Below are positions 45,364 through 56,375 of a stretch of DNA of 64,000 nt, in pieces. The stretch is taken from assembly GCA_965240325.2 (NCBI GenBank), contig OZ251245.1, forward strand, positions 806,001-870,000, written 5' to 3'. Position numbers and translations under genes: made by a program. The DNA is from Rebecca billardiae RCC1528 (taxonomy: Eukaryota > Protista > Haptophyta). Each line of letters starts with the position of its first letter. Positions within the stretch are counted from its first letter, which is position 1. The notes beneath the pieces were generated by a model. It was given only the letters and a program-made list of their open reading frames with translations, had not been told where the DNA came from and did not search any database.

Positions 45364-47724
45364 ATGGCGGAGCACGGGCGCATCAACCGCTCGCGGCACC
45401 CGGCGCAGGCTCGGGAGGGCGGCGGCGACGAGTCCCTGCCGAAGGTGCACAGCGCCTCCGCCTCGCTGGAGTTCATCGGCAGGCGCAACTCGCTGAGCGC
45501 GCTCAAGGAATCGCTGCTCGGCCGGACGCGGCGCAACACGATGACCGACTTCCACACGGCGCGGATCGTCAAGTTCGACCGCTCGTCGGTGCTCGCGGAT
45601 CTGGCGTACATCGCCCAGCCCGGCATCACCTCGCGCGTCGCCTCGCGCGCCTCCTTTGCCATCCCGGGCGGCGGCTCGTCGTTCGGCTCGGCCGAGTCGC
45701 TGCCCAAGGTGTCGTCCTACCTGCGGCTCGCGACGCTCGACGTGGCGGACGCGTCGCAGGAGGAGCTGTACGTGGAGGAGGCGTCGGGCTTCACGCCGCA
45801 GCTCATGAAGACCGCCGCCGTCGCCCTCCTCTCCGCCTTCCAGTACGGGTACAACAACGGCAACATGAACACGCAGGCGGGCGTGCAGCGCGCCGCGCTC
45901 GGCATCCCGACCACCGACGGCGCGTCCGCGGACAACGTGTGGGCGCTGTGCGTGAGCCTCTTCTGCATGGGCGCGCTGGTCGGCTGCAACCTCTCGGGCT
46001 CGCTCGCCGACAAGCTCGGGCGCAAGCGCTTCCTCCTCCTCTCCGCACTCGTGTATCTCGCGGGCGGGCTGCTCGAGGCGGCGTCGTCGCTGCCGCCGTG
46101 CGCGGCGTGCGACGAGTGCGCCGCGCCGGACAGGCCGTGCTGGGCGCGGATCGGGCTGCTCATCGCCGGGCGCGTGGTGACGGGCGGCGCGTGCGGCGGC
46201 TCCACCGTCGTCGTGCCCATGTACCTCGGCGAGGTCTCGCCCGCCCACCTGCGCGGAATGCTAGGCACCGCGTTCCAACTGACGTGCGTGACGGCCATGC
46301 TGGTCGCGCAGGTGCTCGGGCTCGAGAGCGCGCTGGGGACGCCGACGCTGTGGCCGGGCGTGCTCGGCTTCGTCGCGGTGCCGGCGCTCGCGCAGCTCGT
46401 CCTCGGCGGCATGCTCATCGAGTCGCCGCGCTGGCACTGCATGGTCGGCAACATTGACGAAGCGCAGGCGACGCTCACGACGCTGCGCGACGCTGACCCG
46501 TCCGACGATGTTGTGATCGAGGAGCTCGACGTGATGCTCACGGCGATGGAGATGAGCGCGCAGCGCTCCGGCCCGGGGCTGGGGCAGCTGCTGCGCCCGC
46601 CCACCAGGTACCCGCTCTTCATCGCCATCGTGCTCATGGTCCTCCAGCAGTTCTCGGGTGCGGCTGAGCGCGCCGCGCCGAGCGCCGAGCGCCGCAGGCC
46701 GCGGCGCGGCCGTCCCGCGCGCCGCACGCGCCCCGCCCCGCACGCGCGCACGCGCCGCCGGTTGGCTGACGCGCACGCCGCCGCTGGGGTTGGCGGGCGC
46801 GCGGCGGCGCGCGCAGGCATCAACAACGCGTTCAACTACTCCTCCGTCTTCCTCAAGGCGAACGGCATGGACGAGCAGACGGTCGTGTTGATCGCCGTAC
46901 TTATGAACGTGGGTAACGTGCTGATTACGGCGCTCTCGGTCTATCTCATGGATCGGGCGGGCAGGTGTGCGCCGGCTCGCGCGGCCGCGAGCGAGCCGCG
47001 CGCGCTGGGCTCCCCGCCCGTGCACCCGCGCGCACCGCGCGCTGCCTCGGCCTGGTGCCTCAAGCTCACACACACACACATACGCGGGGGCTGCGCCCAC
47101 CCGCCTCTGACTATATGGGGGTAAATGGGGGTGCGTGCGCAGGCGCGCACTGCTCCTCTTCTCGATGGCGAACATGGTCTTCGCGACGGGTCTGCTCACG
47201 GTCGCTCTGCACTCCCCCGGGCAGTCGTGGACGCCCGCCCTCTCCGTCGTCTCCGTCGTTCTCTTCGTCGCTTCGTTCGGTGCGGCGGCCCCGCGGCCCC
47301 GCGCCGCCCGCGCGGCGCGCGACACTTGCAGCGCCTGCCACCCAGTGCGAGCCGCGGCGTGCATGCGCCAGGCTGCCTGCAGGCTGCTCAGTGCACCCAG
47401 CTGGCTCACCCGTTGCGCCCCCGCGCGCGCCCCCGTCGCGCCGCAGGCATCGGCCTGGGCCCGATCCCGTGGCTGCTCCCCGCTGAGATCATGCCTTCGG
47501 AGACGCGCGCGCTCGCCTCGTCCGTCGCGGCCTCGACCAACTGGCTGGCCAACTTCATCGTCGGCCAGCTCTTCCTGCTGGTGGCGAACACGCTCGGGCC
47601 GTTCTCGTTCACGCCGTTCGCGCTGTGCCTCGTGCTCGGCGTCGTCTTCGTCGCGTACATCGTGCCCGAGACCAAGGGCAAGTCCCTCGAGCAGATCCAG
47701 CGCGAGCTGCGTGGCATCTCGTGA
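45364..47724 (+). CDS. MFS sugar porter (GLUT/SLC2A-like); introns 46658-46816, 46965-47142, 47280-47446
   Basis: FQYGYN, DKLGRK, PMYLGEVSP..RG, ESPRW, QQFSG|INNAFNYS, DRAGR|R, GLGPIPW, VPETKGK. Confidence 0.93.
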
Positions 47725-48101
47725 GCTGCTCTGGACGGAGTGTTGGTTGAAGCCTTGCGCGCAGAGTGCCGGGGCGGAGTGCCGTGGCTATGGCGGGCGC
47801 CGCCCCGTGCCAGCCGATCGCGCGTCTGAGCCCTGGCGCCGTGTACTGTACACCCACAATCTACTGCCCCGCCTGAGGCGCTCAAACACACAAGGGAACC
47901 CACGACCGGTCCGGGCTGTGCCGCTGGCGGGTGCTGCGCCTGCGACGAGTGATTCACTCATCGGCAGCCGCGAGCCGACGGCGACGCGCCGACGGCACGG
48001 CCATGCGGCATGCCCGGCCTCAATCATTATTGGATTCTGAGATGTCAAGATTCGCCATCACTGATGGATGATATTTATTGAACGCTGCGCCGACTGTACT
48101 G

Positions 48102-49526
48102 CACCTTGAATGACCCCAGTGGGCGGAAATGGCCATATCTCCCGGAGATTGCGTTTACTGACGTACGTCAGTAAAGTTTCGTCGGGATTTTCAGCAATTT
48201 CATTGGAGGAGGGTGCCTCACTCTATTGTCCAAACTTGCATTTTCGGGATGTGAAGCTGTAAGTGTTTCGCCTTGCGGAGTAGCGCAGCCGCCAATCCGT
48301 CCAATGGGAAGCCAGCTCGGGCTTCGCTCAATGAAAAATGATCACATCGGCTCCCGCGAGCCCCGATAGGAAATAGAGCTCGCTCCGTTCCACTTCGTCG
48401 GTATCTCGCCGTCTCGTGGTGGGCGAGGGGCGGAGCTGAGTGGTTGGGTCTGCGGCGCGGACTGCGATGCTGGGCTGCTGACGTTCTCCGCGCGGGATAT
48501 CTGAGGGGCACGCGAGCTGTATGTAGGGCACGCCTTGCAAACAATCTCCCCGCTGTACGTGCAGGTCATGCTAGCGTCCTCCGCGCCAAAAAAACCTGCT
48601 TGTTCTTGCGCGAGGCCCGAGTCCGCGGCACTCGGTCGCTGCTCGCCGCAAGCTGGCACGCGTCAGCGTCTACACATTCACGATTCGGTGGTCATCGTGC
48701 GCCTGAGGACGGGGGCGATCTACTGAGTGCGCTGCTAGATGAGCAGGCCCGCGTAAGGTTAGATCACCCTGCTCCTCACGCCTTGCGCGCACCTTGGGTT
48801 GCTTCCGTCACGCTTGAGGCGCTTCACGTCGCACGGGTCGGCGTAAGCTGTGTGTGTGATGCAAGCAGACGTCTTCCAAGCCTGGCTTGTACCCGATGGG
48901 AGAGCATACTTCTATCGCCTTCAGCCACCACCTTCTCCGGCGTTCGACGCCCACACTACATGCGACCACAGCCATACGCAGCTCATCGGGACTCGTCTCC
49001 GTTAGCTTATCGATGTGCAAACGCCAAGGCCTGTGACACGCAGGGAAGACTGATTCGCCATGGCATTTGTGCACTGCGTGAAGTATTGACACCAGCGCAC
49101 GTTCGCCAGGTAGATTTGCGGGAGCAGAGCGTGCTTTTCTGCAAGGATTCGCACACGTATCACAGAAGTTCAGCAGTCGCGGGCTCGGACTGAAGATCTC
49201 TGCACCGTCGCTTGGCCGTGAGTGACAGGAACAGGCGAGGAGCTCCCACGGTGCTGGCGCACAACATGCCGTGACAGCGGGGGGCACACACATGGCGCGT
49301 GCGCTGACACAACCGCGCGGACGACCGGGCTAGGCGCCACTGATCGGCCGCCCTCGGGCAAGGCACCGGCGGACTTCGCGGCCGGAACGCCATCGGGACA
49401 GCCGTCCCTCGTTTCGGCCGCCAGATAGTCTTTCGCCTTCTTCAAAACTCTAAACATTGACTGGCCAAGTAACTCTGAGATTCGCAATCGTGCGGCCAAA
49501 AACGGGGCTGGGGGGCAGTCAAGGTG
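48102..49526. mobile_element. Decayed TIR element with CACC..GGTG ends (~1.4 kb)
   Basis: CACCTTGAATGACCCCAG vs reverse complement of right end CACCTTGACTGCCCCCCAG; 22-bp palindrome at 48154-48175; no TSD found. Confidence 0.5.
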
Positions 49527-49799
49527 ATAATTCAATAATTATCAGTCGCTCGATAAAGTGACGCGCGAGTCGATAATGACGATGACGACCGGATGGCGGA
49601 TGGCATGACGAGGGCATCGTCATGATTCATACTGAATCATAGAATCACATAGTAGTAGTATGCTGTATGGCGCGGACGGGCCGGATCGGGCGGATGGGGC
49701 GCGGATGGCACTTGATGGCAGGCCTCCGCTGCAAAAGAAACGACGCCGTCGGCACTCCACGTCAGAAGCCGCATCAGAGCTCGGCCAGAGAGTCGTTGC

Positions 49800-50255
49800 C
49801 TAGCTGCCGCCGTCTGCCGAGAAGTTGTCGACTCTCAACGCCGTCTCTTTTCCGCTCTTGTTCTTGAACACGAACGCCTTGAGCGTGTTGCGCTTCATGC
49901 GCGTATCGTACAGGTACGGGACCAACAGGCATATGGCGGAGAGATCCTGCCCACCTGCCTGCAGCACGACGTGCACGTGCGCGAAGTGCGGCTTATGCGG
50001 GCACTCGGTGGGCGGCGAGATGAGAATCTGCGAGACACGGTCAAAGTCGAAGCCCGTGCTCACGTCCACGCGATTGAGCACGACTGTGCCGGTGTCCTGC
50101 GTCGCGTACGACGTCGCCGTGAGCGGCAGGACGCGCTCGACGCCGCCTTGCCTGAGGCGCTCGGCCTCGCGCTCACTCAGCTCGGCGATCCAGAGCGCGA
50201 GCTCCGAGTCGTGGGCGTGAACTGTGCTCGCCTTGCCGCCGCCCTGCTCCGCCAT
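49800..50255 (-). CDS. Small uncharacterised protein (~151 aa)
   Basis: Host-like GC3-rich codons, globular composition, divergent from TYW5 across 93 bp. Confidence 0.65.
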   Translation of the reverse strand: MAEQGGGKASTVHAHDSELALWIAELSEREAERLRQGGVERVLPLTATSYATQDTGTVVLNRVDVSTGFDFDRVSQILISPPTECPHKPHFAHVHVVLQAGGQDLSAICLLVPYLYDTRMKRNTLKAFVFKNKSGKETALRVDNFSADGGS

Positions 50256-50348
50256 CCCGATGGCCGGCACGGGCTCGAGGAGTCAGAGTCGAGGTTTCGT
50301 CAGGAGCGACCGGTGCACCTCTCCGCTGGCGACGAGTAGATCGCCACG

Positions 50349-51599
50349 ATGGCGCGTCGGCTGGCGCAAGCAGGGTGTGCTGTGTGCTTCGCCGTGCTCG
50401 GCGTGGCCTTCGCGCCGCACGCCAGTTCGCGCGGGCTGCGGCGGACGCTTCGGGCAGCGAGTGCGCTGGTGCACGCGCACGCGTGCGCGCTCTTCTCGGA
50501 GCTCGCCGACCTCGCGACTCACCCGCAGCGCGTGCGGCGCGTGCACATCGCGTCGGGGGAGCTGGCGGCGGAGGAGTTCGAGCTGCGCGTCTCGAGCCAG
50601 GCGACGCCGGCGGTGATCACCGGACTAGACCTTGGCTGTGCATCCGCTCCAGGCTGGTCGCCCGACTTCCTGCGGGACGCGTGCCCCGACAAGCGCGTCG
50701 CCGTGCACGTGTGCGCGCGCGCGCGCATGCGCTGGGTCGGAGAGAAGAACTTTGGCTTCGAGACGATGCCGTTCGCCGAGCTCGTGCGCCGCGTGTGGCT
50801 GCCGTCGCCGCCGCTCGGGCGCCACCAAGGGCCATTCTACTACCTGCGCTCCGTCGGCGAGAAGATGCGCACGCAGCGCGCCGACCTGGACGCGTCGTTC
50901 CCGGAGCTCGCGCGCGCTGTCCGGCTGCCGCGCCCGTTCTCCCCGGAGGCCTTCTTCTCGTCCGCGCTGCGCGTGAGCTCGGCGGGGCTGGCGCTGTGGA
51001 CGCACAACGACGTGATGGAGAACCTGCTCGTGCACGTGCTCGGCACGAAGCGCGTCACCCTCTGGCCACCCTCCGCGGCGCCGAGCCTCGGCGTCGTCGG
51101 CTCCTCCTCGCGCTGCGGCGGCGAGGCGGCGCATGACGAGAGCGGAAGCGACGACGACGGCGGCGGCGACGGCGGCGACGATGACGACGCCAACGGCGGT
51201 GGCGACAACGGGCGGGCGGCTCGCGAGGCGGCCGCCGCGCGCCGCCGCGCGCGCCGCGCGCGCCGCGCGAGAGCGCGCGCCGCGTCCCTCGTCACGCGCC
51301 TCCGGCCGGGCGAGGTGCTGTATATCCCGCCCCTGTGGTTTCACCACGTCACCTCCGAGACTGCGGCTGCGTCGGTCAACGTGTTCTGGCGCGGGCTGCA
51401 GCCGGAGGCGTACGCGCGCAAGGACCTGTATGGCAACCGCGACCTGGCCGTGGCGGAGAAGGCGCTCGCGGACGCTGCGGCCGCCGCAGCGGCGCTCCGC
51501 GACGCGCGATTCCCCGAGCCATACGCGTCCTACTATCGCGAGCGGCTCGGCGCGCATGTCGCCGCAGCGTCATTGGCATCGTCGCCTGTGACCCAATGA
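50349..51599 (+). CDS. TYW5: tRNA wybutosine-synthesizing protein 5 (JmjC hydroxylase)
   Basis: YYLRSVG, FFSSALRVSS, LWTHNDVMENLL (HxD), GEVLYIPPLWFHHV, SVNVFW, KDLYGNRD. Confidence 0.9.
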   Translation: MARRLAQAGCAVCFAVLGVAFAPHASSRGLRRTLRAASALVHAHACALFSELADLATHPQRVRRVHIASGELAAEEFELRVSSQATPAVITGLDLGCASAPGWSPDFLRDACPDKRVAVHVCARARMRWVGEKNFGFETMPFAELVRRVWLPSPPLGRHQGPFYYLRSVGEKMRTQRADLDASFPELARAVRLPRPFSPEAFFSSALRVSSAGLALWTHNDVMENLLVHVLGTKRVTLWPPSAAPSLGVVGSSSRCGGEAAHDESGSDDDGGGDGGDDDDANGGGDNGRAAREAAAARRRARRARRARARAASLVTRLRPGEVLYIPPLWFHHVTSETAAASVNVFWRGLQPEAYARKDLYGNRDLAVAEKALADAAAAAAALRDARFPEPYASYYRERLGAHVAAASLASSPVTQ

Positions 51600-51975
51600 C
51601 CGCCGGACACCGCCGTTGGTCCGATGATCGACTCCCGCCTGGCGGCGGCTGCTGCCCGATGAGTAGCGCAGCGCATGCGCGAGTCACGCACGCCGAGCTC
51701 GGATGGTGCCGGCGGCACGACCGCCGTTTGGCGCGCTGAGCATGATGACCGCCGGCATCGGACCGATGACGGGCGCGCGAATCGGATTCGCCGATTCGCG
51801 GATCGGCCCGATCGGGGCCGGGCACGATGCGACGACGACCGTGCTGATCGATCTGATATGCTGATGATTCAAGCGGCCAATATTATCGCGCGGTCATGGT
51901 CGGCCATATTATACTTATAGGCCTACTCTTATTGATTCGCACTACTATAATTTAGCGGCGGCCGTCGTCGTCGTC

Positions 51976-53060
51976 GGATATCCCCCTGCAACAGTGAACA
52001 GATAGGTGACTCAGTCCTATGCCATAGGACAAGATCACCAGAGCGCCAGCGCCTCAGTTCTGCGCGTACGATCATCGGTGTGGCTATATCGTACACACAA
52101 CTCAACCGGCTATTGACACACACCGTCTCCGCCTGCCGCAACTGCTACAGCGATCGGGCGCGCGCGCGCGTACGCGCGCGCGCGCGCGCTCGGTTGTGGC
52201 GGACCGACCGGCGTCCAGGGACGGCCCCACAACCAGCACATGACAGCGTCAGTTGCTCGCCCCTGGCAGCCGAGCGGCGACCCTGGGCACGGACAGCGCA
52301 GGCGAGTTGCTCGCGCCGGATGCCCGCGCCGCCGCCCGCACCGCCGCCCACGCCGCCAGGCGCGTTGCTGCCCGTAGCACACCGATTCTGGGGCGGGGCG
52401 AAGAGAGGGCAACCGCCATCGTGCGTGCGGCCACGGACCTCCCACGATGGTGGCGGCCGTCCTTGTGGACCACGAGCCCACGAATCCAAGAGCGTGCGGG
52501 TCGAGCGTCGCGTAAATCGACTGCGGCACACGCATGGCGTGTCTACAGGTGCGATATCATCCACGCACGCGACATGGCAAGATGTTCCGGCTACCTCCGA
52601 GGCTTGCTCTACATGCGCGCCGATGCTCGATCGCAACCACCTGCGCGCAGCCCCGGCGTGACGTACAATGCCATGCTTGGCGAAGACCAAAACGCATTGT
52701 GGATGAACCTCATACGGCTCCGGTCGAACACAGTGAACCACGATGTGTGAGCATCAAGCTGGGTGTCATCTACAAGTGCCACATGGCGGTCGGCGTTGCC
52801 GCCGTGGAGTCGCAAGGCGGCAACGACCGCGACGGCTTCACGCGCTCCATCCGTGGAGCCCAAAACATGCGGTGGTGGTCGAAAATCACAACAAGCTCGC
52901 TCTGGCGGATGGTGGCGACACTGCTACCGACCCCTAGGTGCAATCGTACCATTCGGCAATATGAGAAAATGTCGTCTACTGAGTCGTCCCTGTGGCCGCT
53001 GTCCTGTGGCATAGGACCCAGTCCTATGGCACAGGACAGCAGTATAGCAGTGGGATATCC
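51976..53060. mobile_element. Non-autonomous TIR element (~1.1 kb) with subterminal palindromes
   Basis: GGATATCCCCCTGC / GCAGTGGGATATCC (1 mismatch); GTC on both flanks; GTCCTATGSCATAGGAC-type motifs at ~52014-52030 and twice at ~52998-53040. Confidence 0.7.
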
Positions 53061-53322
53061 GTCGTACGGGCTTCTATCATCCGCAGTAGTCGTGGTCCAC
53101 GCACAGTACGTAGTCGTAGTGACTACTTGTAGTGGCGGCGGTAAGTGATGCGCAGCCTGGTGGCGCAGTGCAGCATCGGCGGCGGACGCGGCCTGGGCAT
53201 GTCTGATAAATAACAGCGCGGACGCAGTGACCAGCAGTGACGATGTTCGCCCGCAGCAGGATTATTGCGCGCGCACATCAAGCTGCGTGCGCCTTGATCG
53301 GCCAGCAACACCAGCGCAGTCT

Positions 53323-55261
53323 TCAAAGAATCTCGAGGTCCTCCTTCAACTGCAGTAGCTTCGATAGATGATGATGCCTCCCTGAGGCAATAATGAGGCC
53401 GCTGATAATGACAGCAGCAGCCACAAGTACAGCACCACCACCGACCAGAATGCCAGCAGCCCAATACTTGGACACAGTCTGCACGCTCTGCTCTTCGTCC
53501 GCCGTCTTGCCGCCAGGATCACCCTTCATGAACAAACCAGACCTGCGCACACAACAATCAAATAACAAAATGGATGTACAACTGCGGATGTCACCACATA
53601 CACAGCAATTGTCCAGCGCGCACAACACACAAAGCCAGCAACGTGCATGGTGGTGTCATAAGCAGTACACAAACGCATATGGCGTGCGCACACCAAAGGT
53701 GCTCAGGAATCAAGTTGTCGTGGAGTCCCCTGCGTGCAGACGAGCACCATCAGTGAGCGCAGGTCCAGCAAGGCAGGAGGAGAGGGGTGAGTGTGCACAG
53801 AAGTCATCAGATACGACGCACATCCGAACGGGCCTTGTCACAAGCATTGCTGCTGCTGTCGCCCAGAGCACATGGGCACCCAGGGACGCACGACGCACTG
53901 CTACAACAGCGGGTATGGCGGGGGCATCCAGTGTGCAGCCTAGCAGCAGGGGCGCAGCGTGCACTTACATCCTCTTCAGGCAGGTCAGCGTGCCCAGCTC
54001 GGTCGGCACGGTGCCGGTGAGCGAGTTGTAGGCCAGACCCCTGTGAGCAGAATGCCGCAGCACATGCCAACCAGTGCCCGCCCCGTCAGAGGGGCAGGTG
54101 TGTGCGCGCTGCAGTCAGCTATACTCGCGCTGGTATGGCGGGGGCGTCCAACGTGCCGCCCAGCAGTGGGAGCGCAGCGTGCACTCACATCCACTCAGCT
54201 CGGGTCAGCATGCCCAGCTCAGTCGGCACTGTGCCAGCGAGAGAGTTCTGGGACAGACTCCTGCGTGCGGGCAAGCCAGAGTGCGTGCAAACCAGTGCGC
54301 CCCGCAGCCAGAGGGGCAAGTGGGTGTCGGTGTGCTGCAGTCAGCCAAACTCACATCATGATGGGCATATTGGCACATGTGTTGTGGCGCTTCTCAAGCG
54401 GAGCGCACTGGCAGCAGTGCGCATGGGCGCGCGCGCCGTGCAGTGCAACCGCTGCATGGGGGCGCAGCGTGCACTCACATCTGCCCAAGACATGTCAGCG
54501 TGCCCAGCTCTGTCGGCACTGGGCCAGTGAGCAAGTTGTCGAACAGACCCCTGCTTGCCGACATGCCCGAGCACGTGCAGGGCATGAGCGCCCCTCGGCC
54601 CAGGCAGAGGGGCGGGTGTGGGCGCTTTGCAGTCAGCCATACATCCTCACACGGGCAGCAGCCGTGCGCATGGGCGCGCGCAGCGCAGTAAATGCACGGG
54701 TATGCGGGCGTCATGCGTGCCGCCTAGCCGTAGGAGCGCGGCGTGCACGCACATCTTCCCAAGGCTGGTCAGCGCGCCCAGCTCGGTCGGTACGGTGCCA
54801 GTGAGCGAGTTGTGACCCAGACTCCTGCGCGCAGAGACATGCCAGAGCACGTGCCGACGATGGCCCCCGGCACAGCCAGAGGGGCGGTTGGGTGTGTGCG
54901 CAGCAGTCAGCTATTCCCACATCATGATGGGCGTTGTCGCACCGGGCAGCAGTGCATGCGCAGCGTGCACTCACATCCACTCAAGGCAGGTCAGCGTGCC
55001 CAGTTCAGTCGGCGCGGTGCCGGTGAGCTTGTTGCCCACGGTCAACCTGCGATCCGACGCACCCGCGCGTGAGCCGTCGAAGCGGGTGAGCGCTTCGTCA
55101 GTCATTGCCCAGTGGGTGCGCGCGCGTGCGGTTGCAGCACTTCATACGCACGTTTTGCATCCCGGCGGATTCGCGAGGCAATCTTGGTACTCCTCAGTTG
55201 ACACGATTGAGGCACCCGAGGCCTGCTGGGCGAGGAAGGCGAGCACGACCAGAAGGCGCAT
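53323..55261 (-). CDS. LRR receptor-like type I membrane protein (241 aa); exons 55261-55152, 55046-54975, 54824-54753, 54550-54479, 54260-54189, 54040-53969, 53729-53694, 53542-53323
   Basis: Signal peptide MRLLVVLAFLAQQASG; five 72-bp exons each encoding xLxxNxLTGTVPTELGxLTxL; all introns GT-AG phase 2; TM YWAAGILVGGGAVLVAAAVIISGLIIA; spliced length 726 nt with no internal stop. Confidence 0.85.
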
Positions 55262-55386
55262 GGCGGAGGTTGTCGCGGCGCTCGTGCTGGACGGCCTCCC
55301 GTGGGAGCGGCGGCCGGCCGCGCGGCCCGATTTAATCTGTTTTCTTTTTCATCCGTCTTATTTGATTTCCTGGGGGATGCACACAG

Positions 55387-55593
55387 TCGCTCGGGGCACA
55401 GCAGGTCCATGCGAGCCGCGCAGCGCAGGTGGATCGCGCTCCAGCAGCTCAAGGCCGCGCTCAAGCCATTCGATCGCGGTTCAGGCTATGCTCTGCCACC
55501 AGCGCCGACTTCGTGTCGACGATCGGGCACTGCCGACGACGAATCAGGAGACCTGCGCCGTCCTACCTGTGTCGTTAAATCATAGAATGAGTA
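55387..55593 (+). repeat. Dispersed ~210-bp repeat, copy 2
   Basis: Matches 6231-6445 apart from a few substitutions and small indels. Confidence 0.92.
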
Positions 55594-55880
55594 TAAAGTT
55601 GCGCACGCATGGTCAGCAAATAACTGAAAAGTCGGGACTCGGGTAGTCGGCACAGTGTTAGCGACAGCTGACACACGGCTACTGTGTCTACTGTCAGCTG
55701 CTGACGATGGGGCGCTGTCATGATTTCGATGGTGATATGGCGGCACATCAGACATCATCGTCGTTATTACACAAAACACACTTCTACCTGATGCTCCCCC
55801 CCCGACTCCTCTACCGTATATGGGCAAATAGGACAATGTTCGCGCGCGCGATCTCGATTCTTTGTATGTGGCATGGGGAT

Positions 55881-56005
55881 TACTTTCATACAAACATTCG
55901 ATCCCCTTACTTTCATACAAACATTCCCCCCACTTTCATACAAACATTCCCCCCACTTTCATACAAACGTGCCAAACATTCCCCCTACTTTCATACAAAC
56001 GTGCC
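55881..56005 (+). repeat. Short tandem repeat: five copies of ACTTTCATACAAAC with C-rich linkers
   Basis: Copies start at 55882, 55909, 55932, 55955 and 55987. Confidence 0.9.
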
Positions 56006-56375
56006 TCATGACGAGTACTCACTTCACGTAGGGCGTCCGATGATCAAAATCTTGGCATCCCTAGTCGTTTCGGTAACCACGCGATGACAAGCGCGGCAGG
56101 GTGCGGGGCGCGGGCGGTCTCTTAGTCGTCAATAATATATACTGAGCCGTCATCAGCACTTATTGTATTCGTGCGATGATCACTGCTGCTGCGGCGCTAC
56201 ACACACACACGTGTATATGCTAGCTGCTGCTGCTACAGCGCAGCCGCAGTCGTCTGATAAGCAGCGCTGCAGCTCGCGCCGCCCGCCCGTCGTCCGCGCC
56301 GCCTGATCCGCCGTCGTCTACTCGTCGTAGTCATCGTCGTCGAATCGTCAGATCGACGACGAAGAATCATCGTCA

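Noticed and set aside
33087-53060. Intact transposase, Fanzor/TnpB, reverse transcriptase or recombinase in the TIR elements
   Set aside because: No convincing catalytic motifs or long ORFs found by eye; only decayed fragments.
55881-56005. Possible CRISPR array
   Set aside because: Repeat is 14 bp, spacers are 9-18 bp and similar to one another, no cas genes, eukaryotic context.
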